DNA of 32,000 bases from an uncultured Planctomycetia bacterium (GTDB lineage: Bacteria > Omnitrophota > Gorgyraeia > Duberdicusellales > 4484-171), in NCBI GenBank assembly GCA_964536865.1, contig CAZHYN010000007.1, positions 1-32,000 of the forward strand, in the 5' to 3' direction. Positions 1 to 7,255 of the stretch are shown piece by piece. The translations under genes and the position numbers were made by a program. Below the pieces are notes generated by a model. It ran no database searches, was not told the origin of the DNA, and saw only the letters and a list, made by a program, of their open reading frames with translations. Numbering within the stretch: position 1 is the stretch's first letter; the number at the start of each line of letters is the position of its first letter.

Positions 1-137
1 AACTTGCTCTTAGTGAGCAAGAGTCATTACCGCCACGTCCGCATTAGCTTCCACTCTCAACATTAACTTATCAAAAAGCGATTTAGTTTAATAAGTAATA
101 CAAAAATAAAAAAAACCACCCTTTCCCTAGAAAATAG

Positions 138-163
138 TGAGCCGCGCCCGAGGCTCGAACTCG
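138..163 (-). repeat. Duplicated tRNA-Lys 3' segment (T-arm plus 3' acceptor strand); not a complete tRNA
   Basis: tgagccgc[gc]ccgaggctcgaactcg at 138-163 equals 400-423 of the intact tRNA-Lys (24/24 nt) apart from a 2-nt GC insertion at 146-147. No matching 5' acceptor strand, D-arm or anticodon arm lies upstream on the minus strand. Confidence 0.7.
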
Positions 164-399
164 TCGCTTCGCTCCTCATAAAGGGAAACCTACGGTTTCC
201 CTCTCTGACGTCCCGCCCTTTTTATTTCTAATGATAATCTTCACAGTAAGAAAGGACGGGACTGTCACTCCCTTCCCCTACAAAGAAGAGTAAATAATTT
301 GAGGGAAAATACTTTTCCCTCAAACTCCCTTTTGCGAGTTCTCGTCTCTGGATTTTCTTATTAACAATTTAACAATTTAGCAGTTTAACATTTATTTTA

Positions 400-472
400 T
401 GAGCCGCCCGAGGCTCGAACTCGGCACTCCCGGCTTAAAAGGCCGGTGCTCTACCTGCTGAGCTAGCGGCTC
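400..472 (-). tRNA. tRNA-Lys (anticodon UUU)
   Basis: The reverse complement folds as a canonical 73-nt cloverleaf: GAGCCGC/TA/GCTC-AGCAGGTA-GAGC/A/CCGGC-CTTTTAA-GCCGG/GAGTG/CCGAG-TTCGAGC-CTCGG/GCGGCTC/A. CCA is not encoded. It starts 16 nt after the frr stop on the same strand. Confidence 0.93.
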
Positions 473-488
473 AAAGAAAACTCGTTAA

Positions 489-1049
489 TCAGAATTCTCT
501 AAGTTCCTTCTCTTTTTCTTCCAAGAGTTTATCTACCTCTTCTATATACTTATCAGTAAGCTTTTGAAGCTCTTCTTCCATCTTAAATCTATCGTCTTCA
601 GATATTTTTTTATCCTTCTCCATCTTCCTAATCTTTTCCTTACTTTCTCTTCTAATAGTGCGCAAAGATACTTTTCCTTCCTCAGCTATCTTTCTTACTA
701 ACTTAATCAATTCTTCTCTTCTCTCCTCAGAAAGAGGGGGAATTACCAATTTTATAATCTTTCCATCTACTATAGGAGTAAGACCTAAATTACTTTCTAG
801 GATTGCTTTCTCTATATCTTTTATAGAATTAGGATCCCAAGGATTAATTACCAGTAACTTTGCTTCAGGCACATTTATTGTAGCAATCTCCTTAAGAAGC
901 GTTGGACTACCATAATAGTTCACTCTTATCCCCTCCACAAATTTTGGATTAGCTCTTCCAGAACGAATCTCTAAAAACTCTCTTTTAGTAGCTTCTATTG
1001 CTTTTTTCATTTCTTCTTCTATAGTTTTGAAAAATTGTTTCTGAATCAT
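489..1049 (-). CDS. frr: Ribosome recycling factor
   Basis: 186-aa ORF with typical RRF sequence (RSGRANPKFVEGIRVNYYGSPTLLKEIATINVPE). GGGGGA SD upstream. Last gene of the conserved rpsB-tsf-pyrH-frr order. Confidence 0.95.
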   Translation of the reverse strand: MIQKQFFKTIEEEMKKAIEATKREFLEIRSGRANPKFVEGIRVNYYGSPTLLKEIATINVPEAKLLVINPWDPNSIKDIEKAILESNLGLTPIVDGKIIKLVIPPLSEERREELIKLVRKIAEEGKVSLRTIRRESKEKIRKMEKDKKISEDDRFKMEEELQKLTDKYIEEVDKLLEEKEKELREF

Positions 1050-1064
1050 ATTTCCCCCTATTTA

Positions 1065-1778
1065 TTACTTTATAACTGTACCTACTTTTTTACCCAATAC
1101 TATCTTCTTTAAATTATCTTTCTTAGTAAAATCAAACACTATTATAGGAATTTTATTCTCCATACACAGAGTAATTGCTGTAGAATCCATTATTTTAAGG
1201 CGTTTGTTTATTACATCAATATATCTAAGTTCACTAAAAAATTTAGCTTTGCTATCTTTTAAAGGATCCGCAGAATACACTCCCTTAACTTTTGTACCTT
1301 TAAGTAAAACTTCTCCTTCTATCTCAATACTCCTTAATGCAGCAGCTGTATCAGTAGTAAAATAGGGATTACCTGTTCCTGCAACAAATATTACTACTCT
1401 TTTTTTTTCTAAGTGTCTAATAGCTCTTCTTCTTATATAAGGTTCAGCTATTTTATTCATTTCAATAGCAGTCATTACTCGGGTAGGAATTCCTCGATGC
1501 TCTAAAGCATTCTGAAGAGCTAAACCATTAAGTACTGTAGCTAACATACCCATATAGTCAGCAACGGTACGTTCTATTTGAAACCGACCGGTAGCTTCTG
1601 CACCTCGAAAAATATTACCTCCCCCTACTACTAAAGCTACTTCTATCCCTAATCCTCTTACATCTTTTATTTGCTCAGCCAAATGAAGACAAATTTTAGC
1701 ATCAACCCCATGTTTCTTCTCACCGGAGAAAGCTTCACCACTTAGCTTTAAAAGAATCCTCTTATATTTAGTTCTCAT
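1065..1778 (-). CDS. pyrH: UMP kinase
   Basis: 237 aa. Amino-acid-kinase fold motifs ILLKLSGEAF and VVGGGNIFRG. Its start overlaps the tsf stop by 4 nt. Confidence 0.95.
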   Translation of the reverse strand: MRTKYKRILLKLSGEAFSGEKKHGVDAKICLHLAEQIKDVRGLGIEVALVVGGGNIFRGAEATGRFQIERTVADYMGMLATVLNGLALQNALEHRGIPTRVMTAIEMNKIAEPYIRRRAIRHLEKKRVVIFVAGTGNPYFTTDTAAALRSIEIEGEVLLKGTKVKGVYSADPLKDSKAKFFSELRYIDVINKRLKIMDSTAITLCMENKIPIIVFDFTKKDNLKKIVLGKKVGTVIK

Positions 1779-2299
1779 TCACCTTCTCCTAAAGAAAAAC
1801 GAACAAATCTTTTTATTACAATATTTTCTCCTGTTTGGGAGATAATTTGATTTAAATAGTCTCCCACAGTGAGAGAATTATTCTTTATAAAAGGTTGCTG
1901 AAGGAGACAATAATTCTTAGCATACTCATCAATATCATTCACTGTCTCTAGCTCTTCTTTAGGAATATCCCCTTTATCTAAATATTTGGGGTCAGCTGCT
2001 GCTATATGCATAGCAATATCCTTAACAAACTTTTTAAAAACATCTGTATGGGCTACAAAGTCTGTCTCACAGTTTACCTCTATGAGAGAACCTAAGTTAC
2101 CTCCAAAATGAACATAAGCTTCAACTAGCCCTTGAGAAGTAGCCCGTTCTTTCTTTCTCTCTCGAAGCTCTATTCCTCGCTTTTTTAAAATCTCTAACGC
2201 TTTTTCTATATCCCCTCCTGCATCACACAGAGCTTTCTTACATTCTCCTATTCCTAAAGAAGTTAACTCTCTTAATTTCTTAATCTTCTCTATACTCAT
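1775..2299 (-). CDS. tsf: Elongation factor Ts, unusually short form (174 aa)
   Basis: N-terminal UBA-like IKKLRELTSLGIGECKKALCDAGGDIEKA, core EVNCETDFVA, and C-terminal LLQQPF...GENIVIKRFVRF. 4-nt overlap with the rpsB stop. Confidence 0.9.
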   Translation of the reverse strand: MSIEKIKKLRELTSLGIGECKKALCDAGGDIEKALEILKKRGIELRERKKERATSQGLVEAYVHFGGNLGSLIEVNCETDFVAHTDVFKKFVKDIAMHIAAADPKYLDKGDIPKEELETVNDIDEYAKNYCLLQQPFIKNNSLTVGDYLNQIISQTGENIVIKRFVRFSLGEGE

Positions 2300-3048
2300 T
2301 TTCCCTCCTCTGGAGACGAATGACTAACTTCTTCCTCCTCACCTTTTGGAGTTGAATGAGCTAAACTCTTTAACCCTTCTAATATTCCTTCTACTAGATA
2401 CTTAGTGATAAATCTTACTGATTTTATAGCATCATCATTACCAGGAATAGGATAATCGATTACCTCAGGATCAGCATCGGTATCTATCAAAGCAACAATG
2501 GGAATAGATAGTTTATTTGCTTCCCTTACACAGGCAACCTCTCTCTTAGGATCTACTATATAGACACACTGAGGTAACTCCTCTAAGGAAACTGTCCCTG
2601 AGTACATTCTTTCCATCCTCTCTAACTCCTTATTTAACCTTACCACCTCTTTATGGGGCATTTTTTCAAACTCTCCCGTTTCTCTTTTTTCTTTTAAAGT
2701 AATATATTTTTTAATCCTCTCTCTTATGGTAGCAAAATTAGTAAGGAACCCCCCTACCCATCTTTCACATACATAAGGCATCTCACACATTACTGCTAAT
2801 TCTTTTATAACTTCTCGAAGCTGTCTCTTAGTGCTTACAAAAAGAATCTTACCACCTTCTTTAGCAACACCTTTTAAGAATTCTCTTGCTTCCTCTAACT
2901 TCTGAGCAGTTTTTTCCAAGTCAATTATGTAGATATTTTTCTTCTTGCCAAAGATAAACTTTTTCATCTTCGGATTCCAATGCTTACTTAGATGCCCGAA
3001 ATGAACACCATTTTCGAGTAACTGTCGAATAATCTCTGGTAGTACCAT
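2296..3048 (-). CDS. rpsB: 30S ribosomal protein S2
   Basis: 250 aa. GVHFGH and WNPKM motifs and an acidic C-terminal tail. AGGAGG SD at 3052-3057. Confidence 0.95.
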   Translation of the reverse strand: MVLPEIIRQLLENGVHFGHLSKHWNPKMKKFIFGKKKNIYIIDLEKTAQKLEEAREFLKGVAKEGGKILFVSTKRQLREVIKELAVMCEMPYVCERWVGGFLTNFATIRERIKKYITLKEKRETGEFEKMPHKEVVRLNKELERMERMYSGTVSLEELPQCVYIVDPKREVACVREANKLSIPIVALIDTDADPEVIDYPIPGNDDAIKSVRFITKYLVEGILEGLKSLAHSTPKGEEEEVSHSSPEEGK

Positions 3049-3070
3049 ATACCTCCTTTTTTAAGAGTAA

Positions 3071-3098
3071 AGTATACCATAATATTCCTTAGTTGCAA
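3071..3098 (-). promoter_or_regulatory. Putative sigma-70 promoter of the rpsB-tsf-pyrH-frr operon
   Basis: Minus strand reads TTGCAA (3098-3093), a 16-nt spacer, then TGgTATACT (extended -10; hexamer 3076-3071). This is about 22 nt upstream of the rpsB ATG, within the 66-bp gap after msbA. Confidence 0.5.
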
Positions 3099-3114
3099 TA
3101 GTTTTGTTAATTGG

Positions 3115-4908
3115 TTACACATTAAATTGCAACTCATAGAGACGTTTATAAACTTTGCCTTCCTTAAGTAAATAACTATGCCTGCCCTGCTCTACAATCC
3201 TTCCTTTCTCTAATACTACTATTTTAGTAGCAGTCTGTACTGTAGAAAGTCGATGAGCAATCACAAACACTGTTTTTTCCCTCATAAGATAAGCTAAAGC
3301 TTCCTGAATTAGCCTCTCCGACTGAGAGTCAAGAAAGCTTGTAGCTTCATCTAAAATCAATATAGGAGCATCCTTTAAAATCGCTCTAGCAATAGCTATC
3401 CTCTGCTTCTGCCCTCCTGATAATTTAAACCCTCTATCCCCTACTATAGTGTCAAATTTCTGCGGTAATTCCATTATAAATTCATAAGCATGGGCTTTTT
3501 TTGCTGCTTCCACTATCTCCTGAAATGAAGCATCCCTCCTGCCGTATGCAATATTTTCTTTTACTGTGTCATTAAAAAGAATCATCTCTTGGGAGACTAC
3601 AGAAAACAATCTTCTTAACGAATCTATCTTTAAATCTTTTAAGTCCTCTCCATCGATAGTGATTCTTCCCTTCTGAGGATCATACAAACGAGGCAAAAGG
3701 CCTACCAAAGTCGACTTACCTGCTCCAGAATGCCCCACTAATGCTATAATATCTTTCTTCTTAACTGTCAAATTTATTCCTTTTAGAACATATTCATCTT
3801 GAGGAGAATACTTAAACCATACGTTATCAAAAACAATCTCTTCTTTAAAATCATTAATGGAAATTGCTCCTCCTTTTTCTTCTATTAAAGGTTTCTCCTC
3901 TAAAACTTCATATATCCTTTTAGAAGCAGAAAGAGCCTTCTGATTAAGAGAGTAAACTCCAGAAAGCTTCTTGAGAGGACGAATCATAGACATAAGAGAA
4001 CCTAAAAAGAGCCCGAATACCCCGAAAGACAATCTCCCTTCTATTACTTCTTTCCCTGCTATAAGAAGAATTGCTACAGCACCCAAAGCACCAATAATCT
4101 CAGTAAGAGGAGAGAGAAGAATAGTCCTTTTTGCAATTTTTAAAATATACTTATAGTAATCGAAATTTATTTTCTTGAAACGTTGATATTCATAATCTTC
4201 TCTGGAGAAAACCTTCACGATATAAGCTCCTTGAATGGTCTCTGCCAAGAGAGAATTTAAATCTGCCATCTTCTTCTGAACTTCAAAAGAATACTTTTTA
4301 ATCTTCTTGCCTATCGTTAACACAGGGAACAAAATTAAAGGAAAGATAATAAAAGAGATTAAAGCTAATTTCCAATAAATGTAGAAGACCAAAAAGGTAA
4401 AGAGAGCCAACTGCATAGATTGATATATAAGGTCAGCGAGTCCATAAGAAATAGCGTTAGTCAAAAATCCTACATCATTGGTAATACGAGAAATAAGCTC
4501 ACCGGTTCTTTTCCGAGCATAAAAATCTAAAGAAAGCTGTTGAAATTTCTTATACACTCTATTTCTTACTTCTCTAACTGCTGATTGACCTATTTTATTC
4601 ATAAGATAATTCTGTAAAAAATAAAAAAATCCTTTAAGAATAAAAAGCACAATTATAGCTACAGCCATCCCCTTTAGCACTACCAAAGGGGATAAAGCGT
4701 TCAATTTCTGAATAAAAGAAGCAACAAATTCAGGTACTTTGGTAGGAATAATTATCTTTTTATCAGTGAGGACCCTATCCGATAAGGGCACAATCATTCC
4801 TAAGGATATCCCATTAAAAACAGTAGAAACCCCCATACATAGAAAAGCAAGAATAAGAAGCCCAGTATAGGGTTTGGCAAATTTTAACAATCTAATATAT
4901 TCTTTCAT
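3115..4908 (-). CDS. msbA: ABC exporter, fused permease/ATPase, MsbA-like (lipid A flippase candidate)
   Basis: 597 aa. N-terminal six-helix TMD, Walker A GHSGAGKST, signature LSGGQKQRIAIARA, Walker B ILILDEATS. Divergent from the lpxB operon. Confidence 0.75.
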   Translation of the reverse strand: MKEYIRLLKFAKPYTGLLILAFLCMGVSTVFNGISLGMIVPLSDRVLTDKKIIIPTKVPEFVASFIQKLNALSPLVVLKGMAVAIIVLFILKGFFYFLQNYLMNKIGQSAVREVRNRVYKKFQQLSLDFYARKRTGELISRITNDVGFLTNAISYGLADLIYQSMQLALFTFLVFYIYWKLALISFIIFPLILFPVLTIGKKIKKYSFEVQKKMADLNSLLAETIQGAYIVKVFSREDYEYQRFKKINFDYYKYILKIAKRTILLSPLTEIIGALGAVAILLIAGKEVIEGRLSFGVFGLFLGSLMSMIRPLKKLSGVYSLNQKALSASKRIYEVLEEKPLIEEKGGAISINDFKEEIVFDNVWFKYSPQDEYVLKGINLTVKKKDIIALVGHSGAGKSTLVGLLPRLYDPQKGRITIDGEDLKDLKIDSLRRLFSVVSQEMILFNDTVKENIAYGRRDASFQEIVEAAKKAHAYEFIMELPQKFDTIVGDRGFKLSGGQKQRIAIARAILKDAPILILDEATSFLDSQSERLIQEALAYLMREKTVFVIAHRLSTVQTATKIVVLEKGRIVEQGRHSYLLKEGKVYKRLYELQFNV

Positions 4909-4926
4909 ATATATTGGACACCAGGG

Positions 4927-4955
4927 ATTATATCAGATAGATTGACTTTTCTCAA
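4927..4955 (-). promoter_or_regulatory. Putative promoter for msbA
   Basis: Minus strand reads TTGAGA (4955-4950), a 17-nt spacer, then TATAAT (4932-4927). Only 18 nt lie between the -10 and the ATG, and there is no SD. Confidence 0.45.
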
Positions 4956-4970
4956 GGTCTTTGATAAGAT
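4942..4970 (+). promoter_or_regulatory. Putative promoter for the Gfo/Idh/MocA-lpxB operon
   Basis: TTGACT (4942-4947), a 17-nt spacer, then TAAGAT (4965-4970). It sits back-to-back with the msbA promoter; the two -35 boxes are 2 nt apart. Confidence 0.5.
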
Positions 4971-5006
4971 ACCCCAAAAAGAAAGTAAAATCTTTCTCTA
5001 CCAATA

Positions 5007-5906
5007 ATGAAGATAGGAATAATAGGGATCGGTAAAATCGGCTCTCTCCATCTAAAAGTTTTTAGGCGAATAAAAGGGGTAAAGAAACTTTACCTTGTAG
5101 ATATTGATAAAAATAAACTCATAAATTCTCCTTACCCTATTTTCAGTGACTACAGAAAGCTAAAAGACCTGGTAGATGGAGTGGTTATTGCTACCCCTAC
5201 CTCTACACACTTTTCTATAGCAAGCTTTTTCTTAGAGAGCAGGGTACCTGTCTTAGTAGAAAAACCACTAACCCCTACTTTAAAGGAAGCAGAATCTCTT
5301 GTTAAACTTGCCAAAGAAAGACGGACTCTTCTCTTTGTAGGTCATGTAGAAAGGTATAATGCTGCCTACATCTGCATAAGGAAACTGATAAAGAACCCTC
5401 AATTCATAGAATGTCATCGTCTGAGTAGTTATCCCTATCGTTCTTTAGATATAAGCGTAGTTTTAGACTTAATGATTCATGATTTAGATATTGTTTTGGA
5501 TATTACTAAAGATAAGGTTAAAAAAATCGAGGCTATAGGAGTGAATGTACTTTCACCCTCTATAGACATAGCTAACGTGCGTCTAACCTTTAAAAAAGGT
5601 TGCGTGGCTAACATTACTGCTTCTCGCATATCTAAAGAACGAATAAGGAAATTTAGAGTTTTTTCGCATAACTCTTATATATCTTTGGATTATGCTAATC
5701 AAATAGTAGAAATTTACCAAAAGAAAAATAAAACCATCCAAAAAAAAATATTAAAGGTTAAGAAACAACAACCTTTAGAGCGGGAGCTTAGAGAATTTGT
5801 AGCTTTAGTAAGAAAGAAAAGAAATCCTTCAACTTTTGCCACTAAAGCTAAAGATGCGTTAGAATTAGCGTTAAAAATACAAAAAATTATAGAGAAGAAT
5901 ATATGA
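5007..5906 (+). CDS. Gfo/Idh/MocA-family NAD(P)-dependent oxidoreductase (GnnA-like candidate)
   Basis: 299 aa. N-terminal Rossmann MKIGIIGIGKIG and the family EKP motif (VLVEKPL). Its stop overlaps the lpxB start (ATGA at 5903-5906). Confidence 0.8.
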   Translation: MKIGIIGIGKIGSLHLKVFRRIKGVKKLYLVDIDKNKLINSPYPIFSDYRKLKDLVDGVVIATPTSTHFSIASFFLESRVPVLVEKPLTPTLKEAESLVKLAKERRTLLFVGHVERYNAAYICIRKLIKNPQFIECHRLSSYPYRSLDISVVLDLMIHDLDIVLDITKDKVKKIEAIGVNVLSPSIDIANVRLTFKKGCVANITASRISKERIRKFRVFSHNSYISLDYANQIVEIYQKKNKTIQKKILKVKKQQPLERELREFVALVRKKRNPSTFATKAKDALELALKIQKIIEKNI

Positions 5907-6988
5907 AGAAACTTGTCTTTGTTGCTGGAGATATTTCCGGAGACTTTTATGCTGGGGCCCTAAGCAAAAAATTAAAAGAAATATACCAAGATAAAATATC
6001 AATCTATTCTTTTGGGGGACCCCACTTAAAAAATTATTCCCATCAAGTGATCAATCTTACCAATTATGCTGTATCAGGAGTATTTGAAGTATTGGGAGGG
6101 TTAAAAAAAATATACTCCACTTTCAAAAAAACAATTGAAGAAATAAAAAATATTGCTCCTCACTTAATAATTCTTGTAGATTTCCCTGAATTTAATTTAA
6201 GATTAGCAAAGAAATTAGGGCCGCAGTTTAATATCCTCTACTACATAAGCCCCCAAGTATGGGCATGGCGAGAAAGAAGAATAGATCTTATTAAAAAATA
6301 CACCGATAAAGTTATCGTACTATTTGAATTTGAAGAGAAACTCTATAGAGAAAAAGGAGCTGATGTTTTATATTTCGGGCATCCTCTTTTAGATATTATA
6401 GAAAACAAAAATGTAGGTAAAGAAAAATTAATTTTACTCTTACCGGGCTCAAGGAAGAATGAAATAAAGAGACACCTTCCAATTATGATAGAAGCAAAAA
6501 CAATTATTGAAAAAAAATTAAAAGACTGGTATTTTGTGGTAGTACGCCCTCCTAATGTTCCCAAAAGTTTCTACGAAAGTCTTATTCCTAATAAAATTGA
6601 AATCATTGATCATTCTTACCAAGCCTTATCTAAAGCAGGATTTGCTATAACTAGTTCAGGCACAGCAACCTTAGAGATTGCTATTTTAGGAGTTCCTTCT
6701 CTTGTAATGTATAAAGTTAACTTCTTAAGCTGGCTAATCCTAAGAAAGCTGGTGAAAGTTAAATTTATTGGTATGCCCAATATTATATCTGGTAAAAAGA
6801 TTATAGAAGAATTCCTCCAATTTCAAGCTTCTCCGCATAGAATAGCCAATTATACTGTCTCTATACTCACTAACGAGGAAAACTATCAAAAGATTAAAAA
6901 AAATCTGGAGGAAGTTAAAAAAAGGCTTGCTCCTTATGGGGCTTTAGAAAACACCGCTAGATTCATCGCTACCTACCTAAACTTATAA
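5903..6988 (+). CDS. lpxB: Lipid-A-disaccharide synthase
   Basis: 361 aa. N-terminal VAGDISGDFYAGAL, then ISPQVWAWR, LPGSR and SGTATLE motifs typical of LpxB (GT19). Confidence 0.9.
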   Translation: MKKLVFVAGDISGDFYAGALSKKLKEIYQDKISIYSFGGPHLKNYSHQVINLTNYAVSGVFEVLGGLKKIYSTFKKTIEEIKNIAPHLIILVDFPEFNLRLAKKLGPQFNILYYISPQVWAWRERRIDLIKKYTDKVIVLFEFEEKLYREKGADVLYFGHPLLDIIENKNVGKEKLILLLPGSRKNEIKRHLPIMIEAKTIIEKKLKDWYFVVVRPPNVPKSFYESLIPNKIEIIDHSYQALSKAGFAITSSGTATLEIAILGVPSLVMYKVNFLSWLILRKLVKVKFIGMPNIISGKKIIEEFLQFQASPHRIANYTVSILTNEENYQKIKKNLEEVKKRLAPYGALENTARFIATYLNL

Positions 6989-7255
6989 GTACCGGAGAAA
7001 GATAAGAACCCCCACTGCTATAAATACTGAACCACTAATATACCGAATAATCTTAGGATTAATTAATTTGGTAAGTAGGTTACCTATTAATATAGCCAAA
7101 AGAGTAGTAAGAGAAAGAGCCAAAACCGCTCCCCAGAATACAGAAAGTTTGCTTTTCTCCTTAATAGCTAAAGAAATTACCGCAAGTTCAGTCTTATCAA
7201 AGATCTCTGCTAAAAAAATAATTGTAAAGGTAGTAAAGAAAGTTTTAAGACTCAT
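6983..7255 (-). CDS. UPF0016 (GDT1/TMEM165) family half-size membrane protein, putative cation transporter subunit
   Basis: Three predicted TM helices and a single EIFDKT motif (family consensus E-x-G-D-K/R-T/S). I prefer the ATG at 7255, preceded by AGGAGG at 7260-7265, over the GTG at 7285 used by the ORF track. The start lies inside the last 11 nt of mnmG. Confidence 0.75.
   Translation of the reverse strand: MSLKTFFTTFTIIFLAEIFDKTELAVISLAIKEKSKLSVFWGAVLALSLTTLLAILIGNLLTKLINPKIIRYISGSVFIAVGVLIFLRYL

Noticed and set aside
1-137. Possible RNA gene or terminator at the left edge (7-bp hairpin cttgctc/gagcaag at 3-21; A-run at 105-118)
   Set aside because: It is too close to the window edge to interpret. 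There is no U-tract on the plus strand, and the minus-strand tail falls outside the window. It bears no resemblance to RNase P, SRP or 6S consensus elements that I can recognise.
138-399. tmRNA (ssrA), standard or permuted, suggested by a T-arm/acceptor-like 3' end preceded by several hairpins
   Set aside because: No complementary 5' acceptor strand lies within reach on the minus strand; the only GAGCCGC belongs to the intact tRNA-Lys. The acceptor would lack the G3:U70 alanine identity pair. No resume codon or tag ORF ending in a typical ...AA stop is present. The available length (about 260 nt) is short, and nothing downstream (1-137) supplies a coding piece.
361-400. dif/Xer site resemblance (ATGTTAAA in the reverse complement, next to the tRNA-Lys 3' end)
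   Set aside because: Only the XerD-arm-like half matches (about 8/11). The would-be XerC arm falls in the tRNA acceptor stem and does not resemble ...GCGCATAA.
658-915. Antisense ORFs of 60-111 aa inside frr, msbA, lpxB, mnmG, amrS, the sigma factor, ppdK, glyQS, panB and apbE (658-915, 3971-4156, 6343-6564, 7068-7292, 8869-9204, 9798-10171, 10218-10406, 10854-11060, 16757-16957, 18846-19142, 19978-20169, 21033-21290, 22145-22453, 23075-23257)
   Set aside because: Each lies wholly within a confidently identified gene on the opposite strand. They have Ser/Leu/Phe-rich shadow-frame composition and no SD.
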